A stretch of 64,000 nucleotides of DNA from IMG/VR virus record IMGVR_UViG_3300029448_000007; one strand, written 5' to 3'. Positions 24,336-34,894 of this stretch are shown one piece after another. This stretch comes from an uncultured virus (IMG/VR IMGVR_UViG_3300029448_000007) (lineage: Duplodnaviria > Heunggongvirae > Uroviricota > Caudoviricetes > Crassvirales). Each line of letters opens with the position of its first letter. Position 1 is the stretch's first letter. The translations under genes and the position numbers were made by a program. The notes under the pieces are model-generated. The model saw only the letters and a list, made by a program, of their open reading frames with translations. It was not told where the DNA came from and searched no databases.

Positions 24336-27134
24336 ATGGCAAGAATATTAGACGTATCAACAGAATCTGTTAGAGAAAAAATTCAACTTGAAGGGAGACC
24401 TGTAAACCTCAGCGTTTCTTTAGAATCTGATGGTTCTTTTGTTTCAACTAGTACAGCTAAAGTAGTAAAAAACTATAAGTTTTCAACTAGTGGTAATGGT
24501 CTTGTTGCGGGTTCTACTACTACTATAAATTTTGCAACTTTTTCTGATGCTGAAACTACTTTTACAGTTGGTGATACAATTACTATATCTGGTGTTTCAG
24601 GTGGAGACTGGGCAGAAATAAACGGTGTTCATACAATATTAACTATTGTTGATGCTGGTGGTTCTAATGGAGATAGAATTACAATAAACTTTGATTCTGC
24701 TGCTTTTTCAGGAACTTTTAATGTTACAGATGCTATAGTATCTTTTGTTTCAACACAAGCGGTAAACTCTTCTGTTAATTTAGGAAGTATTGATATAGCA
24801 CCAGGTCGTGCTGTAATGACTAGTTCTATTACTTTTAGTTCAAATGCAAAAGGTAGAATCTCTGGTGTTATTGCTCAAAATGCTATTGGTGATTGGATTG
24901 GACTTTCCAACCAAGATGAGTTTTCATTGGCTGTTGATTCTAATGGAACAACAACACTTAATTTTGATGGTATGATTCTCGGGCCTGGTTCTCGAGTTTC
25001 TTTGACATTTACTCCATATTCTGAAACAGGACAGTTAAAACCTGATCTCGGAGTACATATAAATGGTATTGAATTCACAGCGGATTTTAATTTCGATGCC
25101 AAGAAAAAAATGCTTTACTGTGGTGACTCTATTTCTTGGAGTCTTGTAGGTAACTGGAAGCCACAGGACATGGGTTATAACTACACAGGTAATCGTAAAG
25201 AAAGCAGTAATCCATATCCAGACTATTTTGGTGATGAGCTTGCTTCATTTAGATTGGTAAATGCTCTTAGAGCAAAAGCTTCTCCTGAAAGTATCCGTCT
25301 TGTAAATAAAGGTTTTGGTGGTTCTAAACTTGCTACTGACCAATGGTTTGCTACACGTTCTGGAATGTATACATTTCCTTGGAACATTATGGTTATGCAA
25401 GCTGGTATTAACGATGCGGCTGATATTCAAACACCATTGCGTCAACTTACAATGTCTCAGAGAATACAAGACATGGTTACTATGCGAAACAATAATAGTC
25501 GCAAAAAGTATCCTATGGTATTCTGCACACCACCTATTGCTGATGATAAGTACGATGGTGAAGATGCTAGAGTTTGTTTAGATCAAAGACCACCAATACA
25601 AGGAACTTCGGAAGCTTATACACTTACAGTAGATCCTTCATCAGTTAGCACAATTGATTTTGATTCTTCTTCTGGAAATCATTGGATTAAAGTTGAAAAG
25701 TCTGGAGCTACTAACAACAGTTTAACTTTTAGTAATGGTACTGCGGATAATGTATATCGAATTGATTTTATAACAGAAACTAATTTACTTACGGGAACTA
25801 CAAGTTCATCGTATGCTTGGATAAGAACTTTAAATTCTCAGTTGAATCCTAATGATGCAGGATTGCAAAATGATGGTATAGTAACTATTCCAGAAAATAC
25901 TACTTTGTATATACGTTGTGTTTCTGATGGCGACCAGTTTGAAGAAATTGATAGAGCTTCTTTTGTTGGAATATCACTTGGTGCAACTGATACTCAATTT
26001 GATACATTAGATGGAGAAATAAATCATTTTATCACAGGTAAACCTTCATCGGCTACTAAAATTTTAGGACCTGTAATACCAGGTATAACTAAACCTAATT
26101 CTCTTTCCGCAAATATAGATAGTATGATTCCTAGTAGAGGTCTTACTCAAGTTGGAATGGGTACAGATTCTGGTCTAGAACTTTCTAAATTAAATTGGCC
26201 TTCCGCAAGCGTTATTGATCAAAGTGATGTATGGGTTAAAATTTCAGGTTTGCAAGACAACTCTGGTGTTACAAATCATATTAGTTGGGCTGAGGTAAAT
26301 GGTTATTATAAAGTAGTAAATTATACAACAAATACTGCTAATCTTGGTGAAGGTCCGGTTGATGTTGTTGTAAATGTTCAAATTCAATTAGATACTAGAA
26401 ATAGTGCACTTAGAGATTTTACAGGTCATTATATAGCGAGTTCTGGTTTACTTGAAGTAGTAAATACTCGTCCATACATTGCTCAGTTTCAAGCTTCAGA
26501 ATATAATACTGGAAGTAATTATAATTATTTTGAGCATGGTGATGTTACAATTGATGATTATAAAGTAAAAGTTCAGTTAACTGATAGTAGTCAACCATTT
26601 AATCTTACTTACGATTCAACTTCAGGTAAGGTAAAGGCAATATGTTTTTCAGTATATCAGCAAGGCAATGTCATCTTTATGAATGAGGTTGTTAGTGGTG
26701 AAATAACACCTGCTGGTAAAGTACTTGGTGCGTCAAGTGTAGCAAATTTTTGGGCACAAACTGAAGTGGGATTGACAAGGCTAAAGACAGTGCGTAAAGT
26801 AATTACAGATACTGTAAATGCTTATGGTGACACAGACAATGTATACCTTGTAGATCTATATGATATTGCAGATCTTAAATCTACCACAGAAACAACTGCG
26901 GGGAGACTTCAGTATGGTGAAGATAATTATAAAGGTGATACAAGTGCGGCTTCAGAATCTGTACTTTTAATAAATGATCCTATAGAAGATCCTGTATTTA
27001 AAGCTACTGGTAACTCTGGAGTAAATGAAAGAGTTATGGGTAAGAGACTACACAGATCTCCCAAAGGACATGAGCTTATATTTAACAGATTGAATTCTGT
27101 AATTGGAGCAACTAATTTTGAAATACCAAACTAA
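24336..27134 (+). CDS. Fibre/spike-like protein with SGNH(GDSL) hydrolase domain
   Basis: YCGDSIS, NKGFGGS, QAGINDA and C-terminal RLHRSPKGH blocks. Confidence 0.8.
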   Translation: MARILDVSTESVREKIQLEGRPVNLSVSLESDGSFVSTSTAKVVKNYKFSTSGNGLVAGSTTTINFATFSDAETTFTVGDTITISGVSGGDWAEINGVHTILTIVDAGGSNGDRITINFDSAAFSGTFNVTDAIVSFVSTQAVNSSVNLGSIDIAPGRAVMTSSITFSSNAKGRISGVIAQNAIGDWIGLSNQDEFSLAVDSNGTTTLNFDGMILGPGSRVSLTFTPYSETGQLKPDLGVHINGIEFTADFNFDAKKKMLYCGDSISWSLVGNWKPQDMGYNYTGNRKESSNPYPDYFGDELASFRLVNALRAKASPESIRLVNKGFGGSKLATDQWFATRSGMYTFPWNIMVMQAGINDAADIQTPLRQLTMSQRIQDMVTMRNNNSRKKYPMVFCTPPIADDKYDGEDARVCLDQRPPIQGTSEAYTLTVDPSSVSTIDFDSSSGNHWIKVEKSGATNNSLTFSNGTADNVYRIDFITETNLLTGTTSSSYAWIRTLNSQLNPNDAGLQNDGIVTIPENTTLYIRCVSDGDQFEEIDRASFVGISLGATDTQFDTLDGEINHFITGKPSSATKILGPVIPGITKPNSLSANIDSMIPSRGLTQVGMGTDSGLELSKLNWPSASVIDQSDVWVKISGLQDNSGVTNHISWAEVNGYYKVVNYTTNTANLGEGPVDVVVNVQIQLDTRNSALRDFTGHYIASSGLLEVVNTRPYIAQFQASEYNTGSNYNYFEHGDVTIDDYKVKVQLTDSSQPFNLTYDSTSGKVKAICFSVYQQGNVIFMNEVVSGEITPAGKVLGASSVANFWAQTEVGLTRLKTVRKVITDTVNAYGDTDNVYLVDLYDIADLKSTTETTAGRLQYGEDNYKGDTSAASESVLLINDPIEDPVFKATGNSGVNERVMGKRLHRSPKGHELIFNRLNSVIGATNFEIPN

Positions 27135-27250
27135 TGTTTGAAGATACTTGGGCAGAGTTAATCAATCATGAACACTCATGTAGAACTTTGCTTTTTATTC
27201 TATTAGCGTATATGCTGTATCTTAATCACAATAAAAAATCGAATGCCTAG
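27134..27250 (+). CDS. 38-aa hydrophobic peptide
   Basis: Hand-translated; TAATG coupling. Confidence 0.45.
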   Translation: MFEDTWAELINHEHSCRTLLFILLAYMLYLNHNKKSNA

Positions 27251-27389
27251 AAAAGTAACAAAGAAAAAAGGAACAACTAAAGATGCATGCTATCATAAAG
27301 TAAAGAGATCTTATAAAGTATTCCCATCAGCATATGCTAGTGGGGCTATTGCTAAATGTAGAAAAAAGAAAGCGGGAAAAAGAAAATAA
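27243..27389 (+). CDS. 48-aa basic protein (DACYHKVK..YKVFPSAYASGAIAKCRK)
   Basis: Hand-translated; coupled to next gene. Confidence 0.8.
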   Translation: MPRKVTKKKGTTKDACYHKVKRSYKVFPSAYASGAIAKCRKKKAGKRK

Positions 27390-27640
27390 TGGCTGTTAGG
27401 AAAACAAAGAAAGGTGCTGCTCTTAAGCGTTGGTTTAAAGAAAAGTGGAAAGATGAAAAAGGTAATCCTTGTGGATCATCTAAGAATAAAAAAACCAAGA
27501 AGTGTAGACCCACTAAAAAAGTTTCTTCTAAAACACCACGAACATGGGCGTCATTATCTCCTTCTCAGAAAAGAAAAGCTGTTGCTGAAAAAAAACGTGT
27601 AGGTATGGGTCGTAGAACAAGTTCAATTAGAAGATCTTAA
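27389..27640 (+). CDS. Basic protein (LKRWFKEKWKD...CRP)
   Basis: ORF track. Confidence 0.8.
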   Translation: MAVRKTKKGAALKRWFKEKWKDEKGNPCGSSKNKKTKKCRPTKKVSSKTPRTWASLSPSQKRKAVAEKKRVGMGRRTSSIRRS

Positions 27641-27641
27641 G

Positions 27642-27797
27642 ATGGCTAGTACAAAAAGAGTTAAAGCGCCTGCTGGTTATCACTGGATGAAAAGTGGTAA
27701 CTCATTTAAACTTATGAAGCATACAGGTAAGTTTGTTGCTCATAAGGGTGCATCATTATATGCAAGTTTTAAAATTCAAACTAAACATTCAAAATGA
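27642..27797 (+). CDS. 51-aa basic protein (KAPAGYHWMK)
   Basis: Hand-translated. Confidence 0.75.
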   Translation: MASTKRVKAPAGYHWMKSGNSFKLMKHTGKFVAHKGASLYASFKIQTKHSK

Positions 27798-27913
27798 AAA
27801 AACTTTCTAAAAAAGCAGATCTTAACAAAGATGGTAAACTCTCTTCTTATGAGAAAAAGAGAGGTAAGGCTATCCAAAAAGCAATGGTTAAAAAACCAAA
27901 GCGTCGTAAGTAA
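27794..27913 (+). CDS. 39-aa basic peptide with EF-hand-like loop DLNKDGKLSSYE
   Basis: Hand-translated; ATGA and TAATG overlaps. Confidence 0.75.
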   Translation: MKKLSKKADLNKDGKLSSYEKKRGKAIQKAMVKKPKRRK

Positions 27914-28215
27914 TGCCATCTAAGAAAGGTTATAAAAGCCCAGCGTGGCAACGCAAAGCAGGAAAGAATCCAAAAGGGGGTCTTAACGCAAAAGGTAGAG
28001 CTTCTGCAAAAGCACAAGGTTCTAATCTAAAGGCTCCTGTTAAAAGTGGAACAAACCCTCGTAGAGTATCTTTTGCTTGCAGGTTTGCAGGTATGAAAGG
28101 CCCTATGAAAGATTCAAAGGGAAGACCTACAAGAAAAGCATTAGCTCTTAAAGCTTGGGGTTTTGGTAGTGTTGAAGCAGCAAGAAACTTTTGTCAACGA
28201 CATAAAAAGAAATAA
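27913..28215 (+). CDS. Basic protein (GKNPKGGLNAKGRAS...SFACR...ALKAWG)
   Basis: ORF track. Confidence 0.8.
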   Translation: MPSKKGYKSPAWQRKAGKNPKGGLNAKGRASAKAQGSNLKAPVKSGTNPRRVSFACRFAGMKGPMKDSKGRPTRKALALKAWGFGSVEAARNFCQRHKKK

Positions 28216-31200
28216 ATGTTAGGTCTTGGTCTACAAATATTAAGTGGTTTATTTTCCGCTAACACTTTAAAAAAGTTAAGCTTTGATGGACTACTCAGTG
28301 GTGCTTGGTTTCACAAGAAGGCACTAACTGATGAAGTTGTAGATGAAACTCCTAATGTAGATACATCTCGTACTTGGCACAAAGCCCGTGCATTGCAGTT
28401 TACAGGCAGCGAGTATGTAGAAACAGATGGACTGCAAATACCTAATAATCCTGACGATACATTTAGAATAGACTTTGAGTTTATTTCTGGAGATGATGGT
28501 CAAGTCCTTATTATATGTGATGGTAGAAGCGCAACTGATGTTAACAGTTTTGTTGTTATACATAATGATTTGGGTAAAATAAGGTTTAAGTATTTAAACA
28601 AAGACTTAGACTCTACTAATAAAACTATACCTAACACTAGATATAAAGGTTATGTTGCATATGACCCTAGTTCTAGCGGTAGTGAAATGAGCTTGTTTGT
28701 AGATGGTAATGTTACAGGTGGTGTGATTCAAACTGCGGCTAGAACACATACTTCAACAACATTTGATGATATTACCTTTGGTAAAAACAATCTAATTGGA
28801 TCAGGTCTTAGTTATGGAACTCTTGGATGGATTAAGTTTACATTTGACAACATAGTTACAGCAGAGTATGCCTTTGAAGAAGGTGAGGGTACTACCTGCT
28901 ACAACCGTGTGATGAACAACTTCCACGGTACTATCAACAATGCCACCATATCAACTTTCCGTGTTGAGGATGTAAGAATTACAAATGGTGATCAGGGTAC
29001 ATTCTTGAATACAGATGGGTACTCTCCTTTAAACGTCTATACATCTGACTTTTCAAGTATCAAGCAATTATCCGAGTTTAAGGGCACGGGGGCAGCAGCG
29101 CAAAGCGTGGGAGGGGTAGACGATGCGTATAAATTCACATTGAGTGGAGGAAATGATCCGCATATTGCAGAAAAAGGAAATATTTATGAATATGGAATGT
29201 CATACACAGTCTCTTTCGACTACTACATTCCATCGGGGCAAACCATCACGGGTTTAGTTGGCCCTATACAATTGGGAAATACAGGAAGCACGTTGTTAAA
29301 TGTTACGGGGTCGTGGCAGAGTGAATCGATTGACATTGTTGTTCGGGAAGATGGTGTTGGAAATAGTAATGACCGAAAAGTGCGTTTCTATGCGCATAAC
29401 GGAACAACCATAACATTTGATGCCGATGACGATGTGTTCTATCTGAAAAACATTGTCATCACCCAAGTAAACGTCTATGTGCCGAGACTTAAGGACAATA
29501 CTACAGATGTACTCGGTAACCCACTAACCTACAAAGGACAGGTAGCACAACCTCTTAGTCTGGTTAATAGTAATGGTTCTCACTGGGGAAATTCAGACAC
29601 AGATGTTGTATTGCTAAGCACAATTTCAAATCTTTCTGATTTTAGTATAGCAATGTATTTATATCTAGATACAAGTATTGCTAGTATTGGAACCTCTAGA
29701 ACAATAGGAAAGGATGGATCTGCTAATGGTTTACATTTTGCAAACGATAGAGGATATCTTAGAGCTGATGGTGGAACATCTGGATATATAGATTTTGAAG
29801 AAGGTTCATTTTCAAGTAGTGTTTTCAATTCTTGGCAAAAACTTTTTGTTGTAAGATCAAACAATAAGGTTAAGTTTTATCTAGGAAATGAAGAAAGAAC
29901 AATTACTGAAACAGGTAGTACTGGACTAGATTTTTCATTTTCTAAAATAAATGATGGTTTTGGGCTTGGTGCTTCTTTAAACTATTTTGCTCTGTATTCA
30001 AGAGCACTAACCGAATCTGAACGAAATAATTGGGATCACTATAACATTCCTCAGCAGAGTTTAGAAAATCATTTAGTATTTAGTACAGGTAGTAATTCTA
30101 CAGTCTATGATTTGTCTGGTAATAACAATCATGGTACAATACGTAACACCACTCTATCTAACTTCTGGATCAAACAGAATGAGTTCCACTGGAATCTTAA
30201 GAAAGGGTTTAGTGAAGTATATTCTTTTGACGGTGTAGATGATAATATCATACCAGATACTCCTTTATCTTTTACAGGAGATTTCTTTATTGATTTTGAT
30301 GTATTTACTCTAGCTAGTGAGTTTTATATTATTTCTAGTGGTGTAGAATACTTTAGAATTTCATCTGGTTCTCTAATGTTTAGAGTAGATAGTAATATAA
30401 ATACAATAACTACCGATATAACTACTAATACTAGATATATAGGAAGGCTTCAAAGAATAAGCGGTGTAATAACTTGTACTCTTAATGGAGTTAACTACCC
30501 TGTTGTAACAACCAATACAACTATAGACTTTTCTTATTTTGGTTCTAACGGTTCTGCTTCTGGTTATACTCAAGGTATTATAAATTATATTAATGTCAAC
30601 AATGAATATATAGCTACAGGTATTAATTTCCCTAATGCTACAATTAATGGTGGCTTACAATCTGTTAAAGTACCTTATACAATAAATGGTAATTATACTA
30701 ATCCCGCTGGTAAATGGCATAATGATGCTGAGACAGAGATAAACTTTCCTCACACTGCAAAACTGCAGGTGATCAATGAGCAGTTTGACTACAAACCATT
30801 CTTCTATAAGAATGCTCAGTTAGACGATGCAACTGCTGCATACTCTATGCGTAAGGTTATTGCAGACTACGAGGGCCCACTAGTCAATGTAGTTAGAAGT
30901 AGTGATCTACAATCACAAGACTTCTACCCAGACAGCAGAGGAGATCTAGACACTACAGCAATCACAAACTTTGTGAATGAGGCAACACCTGTTCTTGATG
31001 ACTACTCAGGCGCAGCAGCAGCATACTCTCTGAGAAAAGTACGGAGTGCATATACGGGCAGTGCTATTGAGGTAAGACGTTCTTCTAATGGAGATACAGA
31101 AAATATTGGCTTCGATGCTAACGGGGACTTGGATAGTACGGCTCTCCTTGCTTTTGTGAATGCATCGGGCAACGCTTACACTTCTGATTTTAGAGTTATT

Positions 31201-33120
31201 GGTGACCCACCTGTTGACCAAGAAGACATGGGAGAAACGGGAGGCACGGGGGCAGGAGGGCAAAGTATTGCCGATGTTAGCGATGCCTACAAGTTCACGC
31301 AAGACGGTTCAACGGGCATACACCGAGCGGTAAATCCAACAAATGCAAACATAGTCGGGGGGGACATTTCAATTTCCTTTGAATACTACCTCCCAAGCGG
31401 ACAAACATCTGATCGGATTTTATTCCGAACTAACAACGCAGGAGATGCTCAAGTGGATTTAACAACCACGGACGCTTGGACAACTTACAGCACCACTTTC
31501 AGCGGCATAGCGGGCGATCAGTTTTGGTTCTACTCCGCAATAATTGGGCAAGGTCTTTCGTTTACTGGCAATGGGTTTGACCACTTCTATCTGAAAAACA
31601 TAGTTGTAACGCAGACAGATGCAGACGGAGCGGTCACAACTTGGTACGACCAAACACAGAACGACCCTGTAGACCAAAACAACGCCACACAATCCGATCC
31701 AGCTAAAATGCCTTTGATTGTAGAGGCAGGGGATGTTGTTCTTGAGAACGGCAAGGCGGCAATATCAGGAGATTTGAAAAGCCTAAATGTTGCAGCAGCA
31801 GCCATTCAAGACACCTTTGACATTTTTGCAATTTCCAAAATTAACACAGAGTGTTATATCGCTGATATGCGTCAAGGAGATGTGGACGGCACGATGATAC
31901 TTGGAAGGCGACAAATTGGATGGCTATTCAACGGCTCAACTTGGTTGGGCAACGGCTCAAGTGTATCAACAGGTACTCAAATTCTTGCGAACTTTGAGGT
32001 GAGTTCAACGAGTGCAACATATTATGAAGATGGGGTAAGTATCGAAACGATTAGCCACTCTGTAAATACAAGCGCAAATGAAGGTTTTCGAATTGACTTT
32101 TTAAGTGGTAACACTTTGCAGATTCAAGAACTCATCATCTTCAACTCCGACCAATCAGCCAACCGCACAGGCATTGAAGCTAACATAGGACGTTACTACA
32201 ACATTAATGGATTTGCTGATGGTCGTGTAGCAACATGGTATGATCAAGCAAATGCAAACCATGCAACACAAGCAACACCAGATCAACAACCTCTGATTGT
32301 AAATGATGGTGTGTTGGTAACAGAGAATAGTAAACCAGCAATTGACTTTGATGGAGTGGATGATTACTTTGATACGAACCTTGGAACACTCACAGAATCC
32401 TCTGTATTCATGTTGTTTAGGAAAACACTTGGAGGAAGTAGCGGAGTGTTTGGAGGGAGTGGTAATCGCTCTTTAGGTTATGTTCGAGAAAGTTCAAGAC
32501 ACAGAGTGTTTTATGTCAATTGGGGTGCGGAAAATATTACAGATTCAAGAACTTCTCCATTTACAGAATTAGTTAGCTTCTTCCGAAGTGAAGCCGCAAC
32601 TACGTTGGATTTGTTCAGAGATGGTGTAAATAAAGCATCACTCACATCTCTTGGAAATACTGTAATAAATCCAACTAATTTAATTGGAAAACTTGGTGGA
32701 GTAAATACTTATTATTTTGGGGGTTTGATGCAAGAATTAATATTCTTTGATTCTTCCGACCAATCCACCAATCGGCAAGACATTGAAAAGAACATTGCAG
32801 ACTACTATGAAATTACACTCTCTGGTAACTCTGGTGTAGAGTCCTGGGTAAAGAACGTATCCTTTGCAGATATGTACCAGACCTGGTATGACTACGAATA
32901 CCTGCACAGACTGTTTGCAAACTTTGAGATTCCAAACAAAGTATTCAAGGTTCTTGCCTACACTAGTGAACTGACTGCAGATCAAAGACAACAAGTGTAT
33001 GACTACCTACAGAAGAACTACCACCCTATCTACACACCATACTCAACTAGAGTATTGGCCGATGGTGGTACGTTAGCAGCAGGTCAGACCAACACGTTAA
33101 CTATAATAGACAGCATTTAA
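28216..33120 (+). CDS. Large multi-domain LamG/ConA-like fibre or adhesin
   Basis: Repeated AAYS(M/L)RKV, TWYDQ, NNHGTI, QELI motifs; 1634 aa beta-rich. Confidence 0.8.
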   Translation: MLGLGLQILSGLFSANTLKKLSFDGLLSGAWFHKKALTDEVVDETPNVDTSRTWHKARALQFTGSEYVETDGLQIPNNPDDTFRIDFEFISGDDGQVLIICDGRSATDVNSFVVIHNDLGKIRFKYLNKDLDSTNKTIPNTRYKGYVAYDPSSSGSEMSLFVDGNVTGGVIQTAARTHTSTTFDDITFGKNNLIGSGLSYGTLGWIKFTFDNIVTAEYAFEEGEGTTCYNRVMNNFHGTINNATISTFRVEDVRITNGDQGTFLNTDGYSPLNVYTSDFSSIKQLSEFKGTGAAAQSVGGVDDAYKFTLSGGNDPHIAEKGNIYEYGMSYTVSFDYYIPSGQTITGLVGPIQLGNTGSTLLNVTGSWQSESIDIVVREDGVGNSNDRKVRFYAHNGTTITFDADDDVFYLKNIVITQVNVYVPRLKDNTTDVLGNPLTYKGQVAQPLSLVNSNGSHWGNSDTDVVLLSTISNLSDFSIAMYLYLDTSIASIGTSRTIGKDGSANGLHFANDRGYLRADGGTSGYIDFEEGSFSSSVFNSWQKLFVVRSNNKVKFYLGNEERTITETGSTGLDFSFSKINDGFGLGASLNYFALYSRALTESERNNWDHYNIPQQSLENHLVFSTGSNSTVYDLSGNNNHGTIRNTTLSNFWIKQNEFHWNLKKGFSEVYSFDGVDDNIIPDTPLSFTGDFFIDFDVFTLASEFYIISSGVEYFRISSGSLMFRVDSNINTITTDITTNTRYIGRLQRISGVITCTLNGVNYPVVTTNTTIDFSYFGSNGSASGYTQGIINYINVNNEYIATGINFPNATINGGLQSVKVPYTINGNYTNPAGKWHNDAETEINFPHTAKLQVINEQFDYKPFFYKNAQLDDATAAYSMRKVIADYEGPLVNVVRSSDLQSQDFYPDSRGDLDTTAITNFVNEATPVLDDYSGAAAAYSLRKVRSAYTGSAIEVRRSSNGDTENIGFDANGDLDSTALLAFVNASGNAYTSDFRVIGDPPVDQEDMGETGGTGAGGQSIADVSDAYKFTQDGSTGIHRAVNPTNANIVGGDISISFEYYLPSGQTSDRILFRTNNAGDAQVDLTTTDAWTTYSTTFSGIAGDQFWFYSAIIGQGLSFTGNGFDHFYLKNIVVTQTDADGAVTTWYDQTQNDPVDQNNATQSDPAKMPLIVEAGDVVLENGKAAISGDLKSLNVAAAAIQDTFDIFAISKINTECYIADMRQGDVDGTMILGRRQIGWLFNGSTWLGNGSSVSTGTQILANFEVSSTSATYYEDGVSIETISHSVNTSANEGFRIDFLSGNTLQIQELIIFNSDQSANRTGIEANIGRYYNINGFADGRVATWYDQANANHATQATPDQQPLIVNDGVLVTENSKPAIDFDGVDDYFDTNLGTLTESSVFMLFRKTLGGSSGVFGGSGNRSLGYVRESSRHRVFYVNWGAENITDSRTSPFTELVSFFRSEAATTLDLFRDGVNKASLTSLGNTVINPTNLIGKLGGVNTYYFGGLMQELIFFDSSDQSTNRQDIEKNIADYYEITLSGNSGVESWVKNVSFADMYQTWYDYEYLHRLFANFEIPNKVFKVLAYTSELTADQRQQVYDYLQKNYHPIYTPYSTRVLADGGTLAAGQTNTLTIIDSI

Positions 33121-33121
33121 G

Positions 33122-34894
33122 ATGGGAGTATTTGATAAAGCAAGTCTTGCGTTAGTACCAGATGGTATCAAGGATGGTAAGTTGTATTCTGTCAAACCCA
33201 CAGATGGTAGTGGGGACTTTACATTTGAAAGAGGATTCAACCTTTCTGCTACAAGAGTAGATGAGAATGGTCTGATTGAGAAGGGTAGGGAGAATCTTTT
33301 AATCAATTCTGTTTGGGATGGAGTTTCAACTGACACAAAACCAACAAATTGGACTTCTCAATTCCTATCGGGAACAGGAACATTTGATGCAACTTCAATA
33401 GAGGGACAAATTAGATTTACCACAAGCGACTCAAGCGGCAGGTGTGTTATTTTAACTCCCAACATAACCATAAACGGCACCTTAACACTCTCTGTTTATG
33501 TTGATGTAGTTTACACTCAGTGTCAAGTAATCCAAATTTTAGGAAGGTCAGCCAATGCTACCGCAATAGCATATTATGAAGATGGTATTGAAGTTAACTT
33601 TAACCATAATGTTCAAGCAGGGAAACGATATAGTATTGTTTTTAACAAAACAGCCGATACTACATTTAGATTTGGGGTTGGCGTAAGTGGCGGTACTTTA
33701 GGAGATATAGTCTTGTCAAGACCACAACTTGAACAAGGTCTAGTAGCAACAGACTATATAGAAACAGGTGCTACAACAGCACAAGCAGCTATCTTAGAAG
33801 ACCTCCCAAGAATAGACTACACTGGTGGTACACCATCATTGTTGTTAGAGCCGAGTAGGACTAACTTGGTAGAGCAATCGGAATACATAACTAATGGAAC
33901 GGCTATAACTGCCTTAAATAATGATACGCAAAGCCCTGAAGGAGTAGTAAACGCTACAAGCCTTACGTTAGGTGTAGATGGAAGTGCTACAAGGCACAGA
34001 AAATTATTTGCCTTATCTGCTACAAGTGGTGAAGATTATTCGTTTAGTGTATTCTTTAAAGAAGCAGATGCTCAATGGATTCAGCTACTTGGCAACACAC
34101 CGAATGGTGTCTTTGATAGTCAAACCTATGTAAATTTTGATTTGCAAAATGGTGTAAAAGGCAATGTAGGAACAGCCGTAGTAGATAGTGGAATAGAAGA
34201 TTATGGCAATGGGTGGTATAGATGCTATATGGTAGCAACTGCCCAAACAACGGAAACGGGTTATTTAGAAATTTTAACCACAAATAATACTGATAGCGGA
34301 AGATATCCAAGTTATCAAAATACTACTGCTATAAATTACTGCTATATGTATGGAGCACAAATAGAAGAAGGTTCTTACCCCACATCCTACATTCCCACTT
34401 ATGGTGCTATTGCTACTAGGGGGGCGGATAGTTCAACAAGTGGTACTATATCAAATGTTAATGAAGGTGTGTTATTCTTTGAAGGTTCAGTATTAAAAAA
34501 TAACAACACTATAAAATTGATTGAGTTTAATGATGGAGGATTATTAAATGTAATTCAATTATACTATAGGGATTCAGTAGGTACAGTACCAAGAGTATAT
34601 GCTATTGCTAAAGAGGAAGGAAGTCAAGTTTATGGAACGGCTTACGATATACCAAGCGGAAGGGGTGAGGATACTCACAAAGTAGCCTTTAGGTTTGAGG
34701 ACAATAATTTTGCGTTATTTTACAATGGAACTAAAGTACATTCTCAAACAAGCGGAACAATATTAACAAACCCAAAAAATCAATTGATGTATGGAACCTC
34801 CACAGGTGCTATTCCTTTTAAGGGTAACATAAAGCAAACACTTGTATTCCCAGAAGCCCTCTCTGACGCTGAATGTATTACCCTGACAACATGA
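33122..34894 (+). CDS. Fibre/head-spike-like protein
   Basis: ATRVDENGLIE, QLEQG..ATDYI.T, PRIDY, LLLEPSRTNL, GAQIEEGSYPTSYIPT. Confidence 0.8.
   Translation: MGVFDKASLALVPDGIKDGKLYSVKPTDGSGDFTFERGFNLSATRVDENGLIEKGRENLLINSVWDGVSTDTKPTNWTSQFLSGTGTFDATSIEGQIRFTTSDSSGRCVILTPNITINGTLTLSVYVDVVYTQCQVIQILGRSANATAIAYYEDGIEVNFNHNVQAGKRYSIVFNKTADTTFRFGVGVSGGTLGDIVLSRPQLEQGLVATDYIETGATTAQAAILEDLPRIDYTGGTPSLLLEPSRTNLVEQSEYITNGTAITALNNDTQSPEGVVNATSLTLGVDGSATRHRKLFALSATSGEDYSFSVFFKEADAQWIQLLGNTPNGVFDSQTYVNFDLQNGVKGNVGTAVVDSGIEDYGNGWYRCYMVATAQTTETGYLEILTTNNTDSGRYPSYQNTTAINYCYMYGAQIEEGSYPTSYIPTYGAIATRGADSSTSGTISNVNEGVLFFEGSVLKNNNTIKLIEFNDGGLLNVIQLYYRDSVGTVPRVYAIAKEEGSQVYGTAYDIPSGRGEDTHKVAFRFEDNNFALFYNGTKVHSQTSGTILTNPKNQLMYGTSTGAIPFKGNIKQTLVFPEALSDAECITLTT

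Noticed and set aside
28216..34894. Diversity-generating retroelement targeting fibre genes
   Set aside because: No reverse transcriptase in the window; duplicated modules differ at all base types, not only adenines
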